A stretch of DNA of 46,697 nt from Octopus bimaculoides (Eukaryota). Positions 1-11,487 of this stretch are shown here, piece after piece. The notes below the pieces were generated by a model that worked only from the letters and a program-made list of their open reading frames with translations, ran no database searches and had not been told where the DNA came from. The translations under genes were made by a program, and so were the position numbers. The DNA is taken from the NCBI RefSeq assembly GCF_001194135.2, contig NC_068984.1:70279697-70326393 (forward strand). Direction: 5' to 3'. Within the stretch, counting starts at the first letter, position 1, and each line of letters opens with the position of its first letter.

Positions 1-48
1 ATATATATATATATATATATATATATATAGCACTTACACAATAACTTA

Positions 49-206
49 GGCACAGGAGTGGCTGCACGGTAAATAGCTTGCTTACCAATCACATGGTTCT
101 GGGTTCAGTCCCGCTGCGTGGCACCTTGGGCAAGTGTCTTCTACTATAGCCTTGGGCTGACCATAGCCTTGTGAGTGGATTTAGTAGACAGAGACTGAAA
201 GAAGCC
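49..206 (+). mobile_element. tRNA-headed SINE, family A (head and core only)
   Basis: A-box-like TGGCTGCACGG, B-box-like GGTTCAGTCCC, core GGCACCTTGGGCAAGTGTCTT. The same sequence recurs at 1545-1707(-), 5460-5618(-) and 10884-11040(+). Confidence 0.85.
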
Positions 207-1096
207 CAGGGTGCAGTGAATAAACTGTTGTCTAAATTATACAAAAATGAAAATACCACTGAAATCTCGCTTTAACAAATATATTTACCAAAATTACATA
301 AACACATCTTGAAATACTAAAGAGAAAATTTTATTAAATACAATCCACATTGGCTTCAATCGCAGCTCTCAGGCGACTTTGGAAACTGCTGCAACTCTTC
401 TGGATGGCCTTCTTGCTTAAATTGGTGAATGCTGCCATAATACTTGCCTTCATTTCATTTTTGGTGTTATTTGGAGTTTTGTTGGTTTCTCCCTCAAGTG
501 TGCCACACACATAATAATCAATGGTGTTGCAGTCTGGGGAGTTAGGTGGCCAGATGTTAGGAGTGATATAGTCGCAGAAATTGTCTAACAGCTACGACTG
601 GGTCCTCTTGCAGTGGGGGAAAGGTGCAGAATCTTGTTACCAGACATAGGGTGTTCCAGCAAACATGCTCTTGCTTCAAGGCAGCACTACCTCATCCAGC
701 CTCTTGATGTACACCTCTGTGTTGAGTGTGAGGCTATGTGGGAAGATGAATGGAGGCATAACAACACCATCACCTGCGATCACTCCAAAAACCATGATGT
801 TGAGTGGATGTTTGATTTTATCCCTCTCGGTACATGTCCTCAGATTGCACTGTCTTAAGATTAACACTGAAATACTCTGAAATGTTCATATTGGAGCTCC
901 TGGCACGAATGTCACCCAGTACAGTAAGTTCTTTCCAAATTACTGGTAGATTGAATTACGTCATGGTGTTGTTTTTTTTCACAGATGGTGCTTATCTGCT
1001 CTTACTATACTATGTAGTTGACAAAATCAAAAACAAGCAATGCACATGTGCAAAATTAATATTATCAAATGTTGACAATTTACCCATCATACCCTG
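207..1096 (-). mobile_element. Internally deleted, decayed Tc1/mariner DD37D (maT-type) transposon with both termini
   Basis: Ends are CAGGGTG at 207 and ACCCTG|TA at 1091-1098. Minus-strand translation gives an N-terminus MT*FNLPVIWKELTVLGDIRARSSNMNISEYFSVNLKTVQ (ATG at 964) joined directly to KIKHPLNIMVFGVI...YVW*QDSAP-...-WPPNSPDCNTIDYYVCG...EANVDCI*. There are 37 positions between the QD and TID aspartates, and several in-frame stops. Confidence 0.9.
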
Positions 1097-1272
1097 TATA
1101 TATATATATATATATATNNNNNNNNNNNNNNNNNNNNNNNNNNNNNNNNNNNNNNNCATCATGGTTTTACCGATAATGGTTTTACCGATAAAGGTTTTTT
1201 CATACTGAACTACTTGGCAAAATTGTTAATTATTAATTCTATTATCAATTGATGATTCCCTGCCCTTTTTCT

Positions 1273-1304
<32 letters not shown>

Positions 1305-1305
<1 letters not shown>

Positions 1306-1707
1306 TCTTCTTGTTTTACTTGTTTCAATTAGTTGACTGCGGCCTTGCTGGAACACTACCTTTAGTCGAATAAATCGACCCCAGGACTTATTATTTGTAT
1401 GCCTTGTATGTAATCTATCGGTGTATTTTGCTAAACCGCTAAGTATCCGGGATGTAAACACTCCAACATTGGTTGCCAAGCGATGGTGTGGTGGACAAAC
1501 ACAAACAGAAACAACAAACACATACATACATATATATACATATATATACAACAGGCTTCTTTCAGTTTCCGTCTACCGAATCCAGTCACAAGGCTTTGGT
1601 TGGCCTGAGGCTATAGTAGAAGACACTTGGCCAAGGTGCCATGCAGTGGGGCTGAACCTGGAACCATGTGCCTGGGAAGCAAGCTTCTTACCACACAGCC
1701 GCTCCTG
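1305..1707 (-). mobile_element. Near full-length family A SINE (about 400 bp: head, TA/TG linker, tail)
   Basis: Head matches 49-206. The tail ending CAGCAAGGCCGCAGTCAACTAATTGAAACAAGTAAAA matches 4376-4445 and 11488-11560. Confidence 0.88.
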
Positions 1708-1724
1708 ATATGCATGTGTGCGTG

Positions 1725-1760
<36 letters not shown>

Positions 1761-2679
1761 CGTATATATATATATGCACACAAATGCATACTCACATTCA
1801 CACATAGAAATGCACACACATACACACTTGCGCACACTTACACACACATGTACAAAACGTTTCCTAAAGAGAAGTCTGTTTTCCACACAAAACCAGCTGC
1901 TCTCAGTCAATTTCAGATAGTTAATAACTACTTGTAGTATCCAGACTTGCTCAACTTTATTAATGTCTAAAATAAACACTGTCACATGAGCTTACTATAT
2001 CTTGGATAAACTGCTTTAAAAAGATGTTAACAATCAGTCTTCACTCCATTCAGGAATGATGATGAGCCATTTAGAAATATTGCATGCGAACCATCCAGAA
2101 AATATTTCTCGTTGATTTTTCATAAAATTGTGCAAGAAAGAAATCAACAACAACATAATCAACAACGACCACAAAAATAATAATAATGATAACTTGGATT
2201 TCTTTCTCTCTTTAAAATAATCTGGGAATGTATGTTTTTTTTCTCCAAAGACTTTGCACAAATGTACACAATAGCTGTAGATGAATTATTTTTAATTGGT
2301 TATTTGAACAATGTCTGTTGGAGCACTTTGTGATATACAATATTCATAGATTTTTTAGACTACACAAAATAGCAGAAAAATAAAGTAGCATATGAGCCTA
2401 TCCTTTAACATATATGAAGAAATTCATGTTTGAAGCAAGCATGAATTTTGTCTAAGCATGTGACAAACTGGTTTGTGGTCTAGACAAGTCCCAAGAAGGC
2501 TGAAACATATTTGTCAGTCTTGTAAGTTACTACTCCAATGATATTTGCTTCACTCTAATGTTTATATTGCTTCACATGAAAACTGTAGTATCATGCATTT
2601 CCATGTTGTATATATTTATGGTAATTCTGAGTTAATGTTACTTCAATTGCATTCACTGAAATATGCATATATATGTATA

Positions 2680-3605
2680 CTAGCAGCTAAACCCAGTTTC
2701 ACCCGGCCTGTTTGGATGATGTGGCTGTGATCGTTTTCGGTTAGGCATAATCTATAACAGCGTTTTGCAACCTTATCATTTTGGGTCTCCTGTTTTGATT
2801 GGAGCCTCTAGCTGTTTGAAGATGTCATCAACCTCCAGTCAGAAAATGGCTTCAGGAGTTGTGAAGAAAGAATTTGTACGTAGTCTGTTTCTGAGAGCTA
2901 TTCTATTGGACGTCTGTATAATCATTAAAACATTTATTTAATTATGAACATAGAAAGAAATTATACATTAATCCCAATTTTTGTAAGCAGTTGTATCTGT
3001 AAAAATTTTATTTGCAGAGAGCAGAAATTGAAACATATATGAAATGGATGTGTGTGTGTGTGTGCATGTGTGTGTGTATGTGAGAGAGAAAGAGAGATAG
3101 AGTGAATGAGTGAAGTTGTGTGTCTTTAACTTACGTTGGCTGGCACGGCAAGTACGAAGCTTTTGAAGTGGAAAGATGACTGGGGTGATCTGGATGTGAA
3201 GAAATGCCATCTTTTCAGTGGAGTGCTTCTTTGTAGGCAACGTTTCTCGTTTTCCCTTCTGATGCACAAAGGTATAGACTTGTGGCCTGGCAACACGGGA
3301 GCATCCAACGTAATGTTGACCGTGGGAGAAAACTTGCTCTGTGAGATTTAAACCAACCATTTGCAATGATTGACCCTGTGCCTTATTTATTGCCATTGCA
3401 AAGGAGAGTTTGATAGGAAATTGAAGCTGCTTAAACATGTAGATCGTATAGGAGGAAGGGGGGACATTGGAATTATAAGAACATCTTGACCAGTGGCCGG
3501 TCCATTCAAGATGGTTGCTTGTAAACTCGGGAGTTGATTATCATGCACATGCCATTACACATTATTAGAGCATCCAAATTCCGCAGCGGCATGATGGGCG
3601 CTCCT
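2680..3605 (-). mobile_element. Helitron 3' portion with frameshifted PIF1-like helicase remnant
   Basis: Minus-strand frames read GAPIMPLRNLD..CNG, LQATILNGPATGQDVLI and FKQLQFPIKLSFAMAINKAQGQSL..VFSHGQHYVGCSRV (about 3230-3605). Downstream terminus is GGCCGGGTGAAACTGGGTTTAGCTG-CTAG|T, with CTAG at 2683-2680, on the same strand as the helicase. Confidence 0.88.
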
Positions 3606-3610
3606 CCTCA

Positions 3611-4045
3611 AAACATTCCAGGAAGTAATTCCTCCCCTCCGGAACTTTCCAGGAAGTAATTCCTCCCTTCCTCGGACATTTCCGGAAATAATTCTTCCAG
3701 TTCATCCCCTTCCTCGGAAAATTCCATGATGCAACCCCCCTCCTCGGAACTTTCCATGAAGTAATTCGCCCCTACTCGGAACTATCCAGGAAGAAGCTCA
3801 ACTTCGGAACTTTCCAGGAAGTACCATCATCGGAACTTTCTAGGCATTAGTTCAACCATGAAACTTCACAGGAAATCCTCGGAAATTCCAAGAAGACATC
3901 GGGCCTTTCCAGGAATCATCGGAACTTTCCAGGAAGTCACATCCCCAGAAATTTCCAGGAAGTAGCACATTATCGGAACTTTCCAGGAAAACTAATCCTT
4001 GGAACTTACAAAGAAGTACCATCCTTGAAAGTAGCTCATCCTCGG
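3611..4045. repeat. Degenerate minisatellite, core TCGGAACTTTCCAGGAAGT, variable unit length
   Basis: About a dozen diverged core copies. Seven exact TTCCAGGAA start at 3616, 3647, 3812, 3907, 3927, 3953 and 3981. Confidence 0.9.
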
Positions 4046-4046
4046 A

Positions 4047-4375
4047 TCGCTCTCTCTCTCGAACTATCTCTGTCTCTCTCTCCATCTTTCTCTCTCTCTT
4101 TCCCTCTCTCTCGCTCTATCTCTGTCTCTCTCTCTCTCTTGTTCTCTCTCTCTCTCGCACTATCTCTGTCTCTTTGTCTCTCTCTCTCGAGAGAGACCGA
4201 GAGAGAGAGCGAGCGAGAGAGAGACAGAGAGACAGAGATAGTGTGAGGGAGAGAGAGAGAAAGAGAGAGAGATAGATAGAGAGATAGATAGATAGAGGGA
4301 TAGAGAGATAGAAAGACAGATACAGAGAGAGAGAGAGAGACACACACACAGAGATAGTGCGATAGAGAGAGAGAG
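4047..4375. repeat. Complex (CT)-rich then (GA)-rich microsatellite forming an imperfect inverted repeat
   Basis: Strand composition flips at CTCGAG (centre 4188/4189). TCGCACTATCTCTG (4155-4168) is mirrored by CAGAGATAGTGCGA (about 4349-4362). Confidence 0.85.
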
Positions 4376-4445
4376 GTCGATTTGCTCAACTAAAAGGGGT
4401 GGTCCAGCATGGCCGCAGTCAAATGACTGAAACAAGTAAAAGAGT
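4376..4445 (+). mobile_element. Family A SINE tail fragment
   Basis: GGTCGATTTG...CCAGCATGGCCGCAGTCAAATGACTGAAACAAGTAAAAG matches the reverse complement of 1305-1380. Confidence 0.8.
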
Positions 4446-4899
4446 AATGTTGTGAGATTTAAAAATTACGTCAAAATGTTCAAATTTGGTATATTGAAAT
4501 AATTTTCCACGTTAACTCTGATTTTCTTATTTATTTGCTCCTAACATCTAATTGAATTATAGGTGAATTGGATTTCAATAAAAATCTATAACGGGCGCCC
4601 TAGGCAGTGGGGCGTTAGCACATGTTTACAAATCAGCTACAATAACATATGACACGTGACAATGCCAGCGACAATACATGGACTATTTGTCAATGTATTT
4701 GTAAATCTATCTATTTATCTAATTTATTTTACTCAGATGCATATTTGTGTGTTAGAATAATATAGGGACATTCCTTATTGACCCACTAATCGTATTAATA
4801 GTTTGTAATATCTAATTTTAGCAATAAATTATTACCATAAAGGTTAATAAAATATCTAATGACTTAATTAGACCTAACTGATTCTAAAATTTATATATT

Positions 4900-5043
4900 G
4901 ACTTAGGATTGGGGATAGGAATGGGAGCAGAACTAAAACAGGAACTGAACAGGGAATGGGACAGGACATGAAACAGTGTCATGGGGATGGGAAGTGGAAA
5001 TAACCCTCCTTTTCTGGGTGGGTTTTATTGGGTGATTCGACTA

Positions 5044-5044
<1 letters not shown>
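4900..5044 (+). mobile_element. Putative second Helitron-like 3' terminus
   Basis: Ends GGGTGGGTTTTATTGGGTGATTCGA-CTAG|T, similar in layout to the terminus at 2680, and is preceded by GGGA-rich short repeats. No coding support, and the 5' extent is unknown. Confidence 0.35.

Positions 5045-5128
<84 letters not shown>
5045..5128. repeat. Uninterrupted (TA)42 microsatellite
   Basis: 84 nt of pure TA read directly. Confidence 0.97.
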
Positions 5129-5134
<6 letters not shown>

Positions 5135-5347
5135 GGGGTGTTGACTAATCCATCAATGCAGTGTTAAGCAGTCCTTTTCATTGTTTGATATTTGAACACA
5201 CACAGACACACACAAATATACATACATATATACATATATATACTTATTAATATATGTATAATTGAAATTTAGAGTAAAACAAAAGGCAAAGACAGGTGTA
5301 TGAACAATGGGCAGGTGTATTAGTTTGATGCTTGAGAAAGTGAGAAA

Positions 5348-5387
5348 TCTTTTTACGTTTCAAGCCTACACTCTTCGACAGAAAGGA
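5348..5387 (-). ncRNA. Decayed minimal type I hammerhead-ribozyme-like motif, probably from a Penelope-like element terminal repeat
   Basis: Minus strand: UCCUUU CUGUCGA A GAGU-GUAG-GCUU GAAAC GUA AAAAGA. Stem I pairs 5 of 6, stem II is 4 bp with wobbles, and stem III is the palindrome ACGU. The core deviates from CUGANGA. Confidence 0.5.
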
Positions 5388-5459
5388 ATATGAAGAAATA
5401 AAAAGAGAGAGAATAAAAAATAACTTGTGGATTTAGCAATCAATCAGTATACTTATATG

Positions 5460-5618
5460 ACAGGCTTCTTTCAGTTTCTGTCTACCAAATCTACTCACAA
5501 GGTGATTGATGGTCATTCCTGGGGCTATAGCAGAAGTGAGTTTTACTAGATGCCATGCAGTTGGACTGAATATGGAACCACGGTGCTAGGAATCACATTT
5601 GTTATACAGCTATGCCTG
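5460..5618 (-). mobile_element. Diverged family A SINE head
   Basis: ACAGGCTTCTTTCAGTTTCTGTCTACCAAATCTACTCACAAGG aligns with 1551-1592. Confidence 0.75.
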
Positions 5619-8600
5619 GGGATCAGCAACGTTCATATGTATAATAAAAGTAATTAAGGAGGTAATTTTAATTTTCTAAAGATTCTTTATTGCAGGTTTT
5701 ATAATTTTTTTTATTTATTTGCTCTGATGCATAGGTTAAAGCTGTTATCCTTCTATCATCAATCTATTTTTAATGAAAGTGGTACCACTTGTTTTTAATT
5801 CTACTGTTTAGGAAATGATGAAGAAACTTGTTTCACATCTTATATAAAAACCTGTTGCTAGACATTCTCCATTCATTGCATTGTTGTCATCATAATAGTT
5901 AATATGAGAAACCTCCTTTGTTGATAAGAAATAGATATTTAACAAAATGAAAACAAAAATAGTTTAAAGAGATGCATCAGCTTTCCAGCAGACTTCATCT
6001 CTTTTCCACTTAGGTAGATCCATTCACATAAATTTCTTAGCAGATCAGTTTTATGTAACAAAAATAACCGACATAATCGGCAACCTTATATCTGTTTTAC
6101 CTAAATATATAGACACACAAAAATATTTAAAACCTGCCTACTTGTTAAATGTTTCTAAAGTAGTTAAGTTAATTAACTGGTGATCATTTTTGACTCTCAT
6201 TTTAATTGTTTTCATGCTCTGGCAGAAGAGGTGGTATGGTGAACGAGGGGTAAATGTTTGAAGTTTGATGTTTTCCTTCCCAACTAAACCATCTTTGTCT
6301 TCTTTCACTCTTTTGCTACCACATTAAGCACAAGAGAATGGTGAAGAGAAATGGGGCTCTCTGATAAGTTTAAGAAGAACTGGGTGAGATGAATGAACTT
6401 CCAAGTTCCATCTGTAGATTATTAGGGGGATGAAAGCATTTGTTTTTTGTTGAGTACAAAATAAGTCTATACAGAATATCATGAAATGCCTCATGTGGAT
6501 ATTATTTAATTGGAGATATATGCTATATTTATATGCAATTGTAATTTCATGATCACACAGCATAACATCCTCACACTGCATTTTGAGTTTGTAACATTTC
6601 TCTTTGAGTGCCCTTGTGTCACATGAGATAGAATAAGAACTGTCTTTATTTATAAGTATAACAACATACCTGCCCGTTGTTGTTTTAGAGTTCATCAAGT
6701 GTGCCTGTTCTCAATATTTTTGTAATGTGAAAAAATTAAAATATTACACCAGGTGAAGGCAGTGGAGGTCTAGAATCACACTTATTACAACATATAGAGT
6801 GATCACTCCCTGTTCCATGATCAAATCCCAATGAAGTCAAATTTACCTACATTGCTCCTACTTGATATGTTAAATACCAGTAATGTACTGTTGTCTATAT
6901 TCCTTCTCTAACTGGTAGTCTGAGTAAGTAACTTATTATAAACTATCACAAGCTTTGTCTGCACCATTCCTATGCTTGCAAACAAATAATGTAATATTTA
7001 AAAATCCTGTACCCCACATTATTGAAGGCTGTTTGTTCTGTAACTCATAAAACTGTTCAATGTTTCAGTGATTTCTTTTCCTCTCTTATTATCATGTGTT
7101 TGTGTATACATGAAAACATACATCAAGGTATGTAAATGTGTGTATATATACAATTAATAATACTCTTAACGTCATGAAACTAACATATTACCACATTATG
7201 CCATAACTATATAATTATTGTACATGGCATATAAAAACCATTCTATTCTTTTAAAGAGAATCATATAAGCCTCAACAAATATACATTTATACAGATGTCT
7301 TATTCATCGTTTATAGAAATTGTATGAATATATATATATATACATATATATGTCTGTATGTATGTATGTATGTATGTATGTATGTGACAGAATGTATGTA
7401 CGCATGCATATTTGTGTGCGTGTGTGCCTGTGATTGTGTGTGCATGCATGTGTGGAAGAATTGAATAAATTACTACTTGACAAATACCAAAATATTCCAC
7501 TTTCTATTCATAAGCAGCAATTGCCACAAATGTATAAATGTCAGTTTTATTTCATGATGTTTGATGCATTATTCAATTCAATACAAAGACATAGTGCATG
7601 CTAACTTGCCACAAATTCAAAATGTCCTCAATTTCAGCAATTGCTGTAAGGTTTAGATGAATATGAGTGGCTAGATATTTAATGACAGACTGCTGATGTC
7701 GCTAAGCTTTTGTAGACTAAACATTAGGATTATCACACAAAAGATATACCATGTTGGTATTATAAAGGCAACAATGAGATCCATCTAGTAAATAAAATAT
7801 CACATAAACAATGTAATACATGAATTTGGCTTTTACAATATTCATGAATTATTTCATAATAGATAAACGATATTTTCACACAATATCTTGTATGACACAC
7901 TACTATTTATTTCATACAATTACATGAGCTAGTTTGCTGTAAAATCATATACAACTGAAATTATTGAGAGAGCCTCCAAATTTCACATATTAAAGAAACG
8001 AAACAGTTTCTACTGTAAAATATGTAGAATCTCTTAAATGATTCTGAAGCATATTTTGGTGAGAGAAAGTGATTAATTTTGTAGAAAATTGATGTTAGAT
8101 GGAAACTGGCAAAATTTCAGATTTCTAACAGGTATAGAAGGAGTCAGTTGAAATGGTCAATTTTCTTATATTAAAGCTGTTGGAAATTATTCTAGCACAT
8201 GAAGAATATCTAAATAGGATTATTTTGGTATGTTTTGGTTAAATGAAGTAAAATAACCATTAATATTTTATGTCCATTTTTCCATGCTTTCATAGGTTGG
8301 CCAGATTTTCTCCACCACAATATCTGTCCATTTGCTGTGGTTGATCCTTTATCATATCCTTTGAGAAGTTCAGCTTTCTGAAATTTACTTTTACCATTTT
8401 TTTTTTTTCATGTTTCCATTGCCTTGTCTCTTCCAGATGTTACTTCTACTTAGGTTTCCTGGTGCATCTTTACCCATTGTTATTCGTATATATATATATA
8501 TATATATATATATNNNNNNNNNNNNNNNNNNNNNNNNNNNNNNNNNNNNNNNNNNNNNNNNNNNNNNNNNNNNNNNNNNNNNNNNNNNNNNNNNNNNNNN

Positions 8601-9017
8601 NNNNNNNNNNNNNNNNNNNNNNNNNNNNNNNNNNNNNNNNNNNNNNNNNNNNNNNNNNNNNNNNNNNNNNNNNNNNNNNNNNNNNNNNNNNNNNNNNNNN
8701 NNNNNNNNNNNNNNNNNNNNNNNNNNNNNNNNNNNNNNNNNNNNNNNNNNNNNNNNNNNNNNNNNNNNNNNNNNNNNNNNNNNNNNNNNNNNNNNNNNNN
8801 NNNNNNNNNNNNNNNNNNNCAGCAAGACACCTGTTTCTGTCCCTTGGTCTCACTTAAACTTTTTATCATCTGACACAAGGTCACCTCCTCTAATGCCCCC
8901 TCCCGCCTCTAAGGATCTTTATCTTGCAAGTTACTTGGTGAGCCTGCCAGTGCTGATGCCATATATATATATCTTACTAAATATCTCAGATTTGCTATGG
9001 TTGGTAGCTCTCACATC

Positions 9018-9061
<44 letters not shown>

Positions 9062-9612
9062 TGTGTGTGTGTGTGTGTGTGTATTCCTTTACATAAATTT
9101 TAGGATTGTGTGTATGTATACAGAGTATGTAAGCACACAAGGTCAAAACAGTACTTAATTCCAAGGAAACAGAGTTACTAACAGTAGGCACTTCATATCT
9201 AGTAGTTTGAGTTTTATGATCTTTATCATCACAATCACTTCTTTGTAAGTGAATGTGAGAAGTCAGCTGTGAAAAAGCATACGCACAGAGACACACACAT
9301 GCACACACATGTACACAGAGACACACACATGCACACAAACAGAGACACACACAGACACACACACATATGTACTTATATGTGTATATGTAAGTATAATTGA
9401 ATAGATTATGTCCTGGTTCCAACAATGAATATTCTTGTCGTTTGTTCAAATGAGATACCTGCTTATTGAACTGAACAGTAAATCATTGAGTTTTCTATAG
9501 AAATATTCATCCTTATCTCAAGTAGATCAGTGTGACACAGTATGTGTGTGTCAGTGTGTCATGGTAGATATTTGAATTTCAGTCACTGTCCAACAATTTA
9601 CAATATTTTGTC

Positions 9613-9834
9613 TACGTGGGATTGCTGAAAAATTCTTGGCTTTGGGTAAAAGAAAATAGAGGAAAATCAGTTAGTTATAATTTTATCCAACATATTTCCT
9701 TCTCAGATTCACACACTTATTGCGGCAGTCCTTCAGTTTTTTTAAGCCCTGTAGAAGAACTCAGAGAAGTTTGGGCCTCCAACAAAGCCTTTCACGATAT
9801 CCTTAAGGCCAGCAACTTTTCAGCACCCCTTCAT
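9613..9834 (-). mobile_element. Mariner-derived MITE (about 220 bp)
   Basis: Imperfect TIRs TGCTGAAAAATTCTTGGCTT / AGGCCAGCAACTTTTCAGCA with TA at the left end. The body is the reverse complement of 28862-29079. Confidence 0.8.
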
Positions 9835-10639
9835 GAATATTTTAATTTTCAACTCCTTTGTGCAAAAAATACATGGAATTTGCTGTAATGTGCCATGAAA
9901 TCAGTCCCAGTACATCATGATTACAATGCAAACTTAGCCATACCTACATTCATACACATGCATAAATATGTACATACTTGATATAATGTATAATGTAATG
10001 ATATAATGCATACTAATATAATGTATAATGTAATGAAATAATGTATATTCAATTATGCAAAATATAAAAGGTGCTTTCATAAAATGTAGTATTGTGAATT
10101 TAGGAATTAAATGAATTGCTAAAATATACAAATTTTGAGAAAAAAAGGAAACAACCTTTTCTGCCTTCTTTTTACCTTGCTTGTTAACCATTGAACAAAA
10201 AATTGGCATTTGATAGCATTGGTAGTTTCTGAGATACCAAAGTGGTTTGCCTGTCAAGCAATCAAAAAATGAAGAAAGCAAGCAAACTGATTTAAAGAGT
10301 GGCAACTAATACAGAGGTGTCAAATATATAACCTACAGCAATGTTTAATCTGGCCTGCAGGTCAGTTTTATAAAAAAAAAATTATTTTTTAATCTTTAAA
10401 TATTCTGTAAACTATATTGTTACTAACATGCATGGAGACTAGTAGCTCAAATAAAGTCATGATTAAAACTGGTTCCAATTATTTAAATCAATAAACCTTA
10501 GGAATCTTCTGTTATTTCAGTCATTCTAAAGAACTTTTTTGCAATTCCATTAACTAAAAGAAGTTGTGACCCCTTATTCCTTCACTTTATCTATAACCAA
10601 GCAAAACAGAATTTTTGTTATCTGTTTCTTTTTTTTTTT

Positions 10640-10812
10640 TGCACCAATGTGGATATGTGGTTGAGAATGTCACTTTGCAAACATGTAGTTTTGGATGTTA
10701 CTACCACTGTAGGGAACCTTAACCTTGAGCAGGTATCCTGTAACATAGCCCTGGGTCAATCAATGCAATGGGAGTGAATTTCATAGACAGAAAGTGTGTG
10801 GAAACCCATTGT
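10640..10812 (+). mobile_element. Old diverged family A SINE head
   Basis: Degenerate match (ACCTTGAGCAGGTATCCT...ATAGCCCTGGGTCAATCAATG...TAGACAGAAA) to the adjacent copy at 10884. Confidence 0.6.
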
Positions 10813-10883
10813 ACACACACAAACACACACATACATAGACAAACACAAACACACACACATACATAAATACATATAGATACATA

Positions 10884-11105
10884 GGCACAGGATGTGTGAT
10901 AAGTAGCTTGCTTAGAAACCAAGTGGTTCCAGGTTCAGTCCCATTATGTGGCACCTTGGGCAAGTGTCTTTTGCTATAGCCTCAGGCTGATCAAAGCCTT
11001 GTGAATGGATTTGGTAGATGGAAACTGGAAGAGGTCCATTGTATATGTGTGTGTGTGTGTTTGTGCTTGTCCTCGAACATCACTTGACAACTGCTGTTGG
11101 GGTGT
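10884..11105 (+). mobile_element. Family A SINE, 5' two-thirds (tail displaced to 11488-11560)
   Basis: Head and linker match the 1305-1707 copy up to CTTGACAACTGCTGTTGGGGTGT. Confidence 0.82.
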
Positions 11106-11127
11106 GAAATACTATCAATGTTGGGTA

Positions 11128-11482
11128 AGTGTGGCAAACTGTGACAAGCAACCTTCAAAGCAGGACTTCACCTGAAGAAGGTTATGCATTCAATATGGTG
11201 AGATTGGAAGGCTGTTGTCTTTTACAAGCTCTTCTCATGGAGTGGCCCATCAGTTTGGATGTGTATTGTGACCAGTTGGGCAGATTAATTGCAGCAATCC
11301 ACCGGAAGTATCCACTACTAGTTAATCTTAGGGGCATTATCTTTCATCACTACAATGCTAGACCACACACTTTGCAGATGTAGCAGAAGTTACTGGTTCA
11401 TGACTGGGAAGTTCTGCAGCATATTCCATATTTGCTTGACCTTGCAACTTCAGATTTGCACCTGTTTCAGGCCTTTAAAAAT
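11128..11482 (+). mobile_element. Mariner (DD34D-type) transposase internal fragment, decayed
   Basis: Frames give AGLHLKKVMHSIW*DWK and VYCDQL...RGIIFHHYNARPHT...WEVLQHIPYLLDLATSDLHLF, matching mariner HDNARPH and YSPDLAPSDYHLF. The catalytic D reads Y, with stops and a frameshift. Confidence 0.85.
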
Positions 11483-11487
11483 ACAGA

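Noticed and set aside
3611-4045. Repeated core with variable intervening sequence, superficially CRISPR-like
   Set aside because: The repeats are degenerate, the intervals are irregular and related to each other, the context is eukaryotic, and no cas genes are present.
6324-6698. 124-aa minus-strand ORF with internal GTATGT donor and CTACAG acceptor-like sites
   Set aside because: No recognisable motif and no consistent exon chain. It cannot be supported without transcripts.
8391-9060. Long ORFs here and at 22393-22785, 30347-30818 and 35673-36009
   Set aside because: They stay open only because they run through N gaps and dinucleotide repeats.
10311-10360. CAGAGGTGTCAAA...TGGCCTGCAGG resembling a hAT/Charlie terminus
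   Set aside because: No matching second terminus or 8-bp TSD was found.
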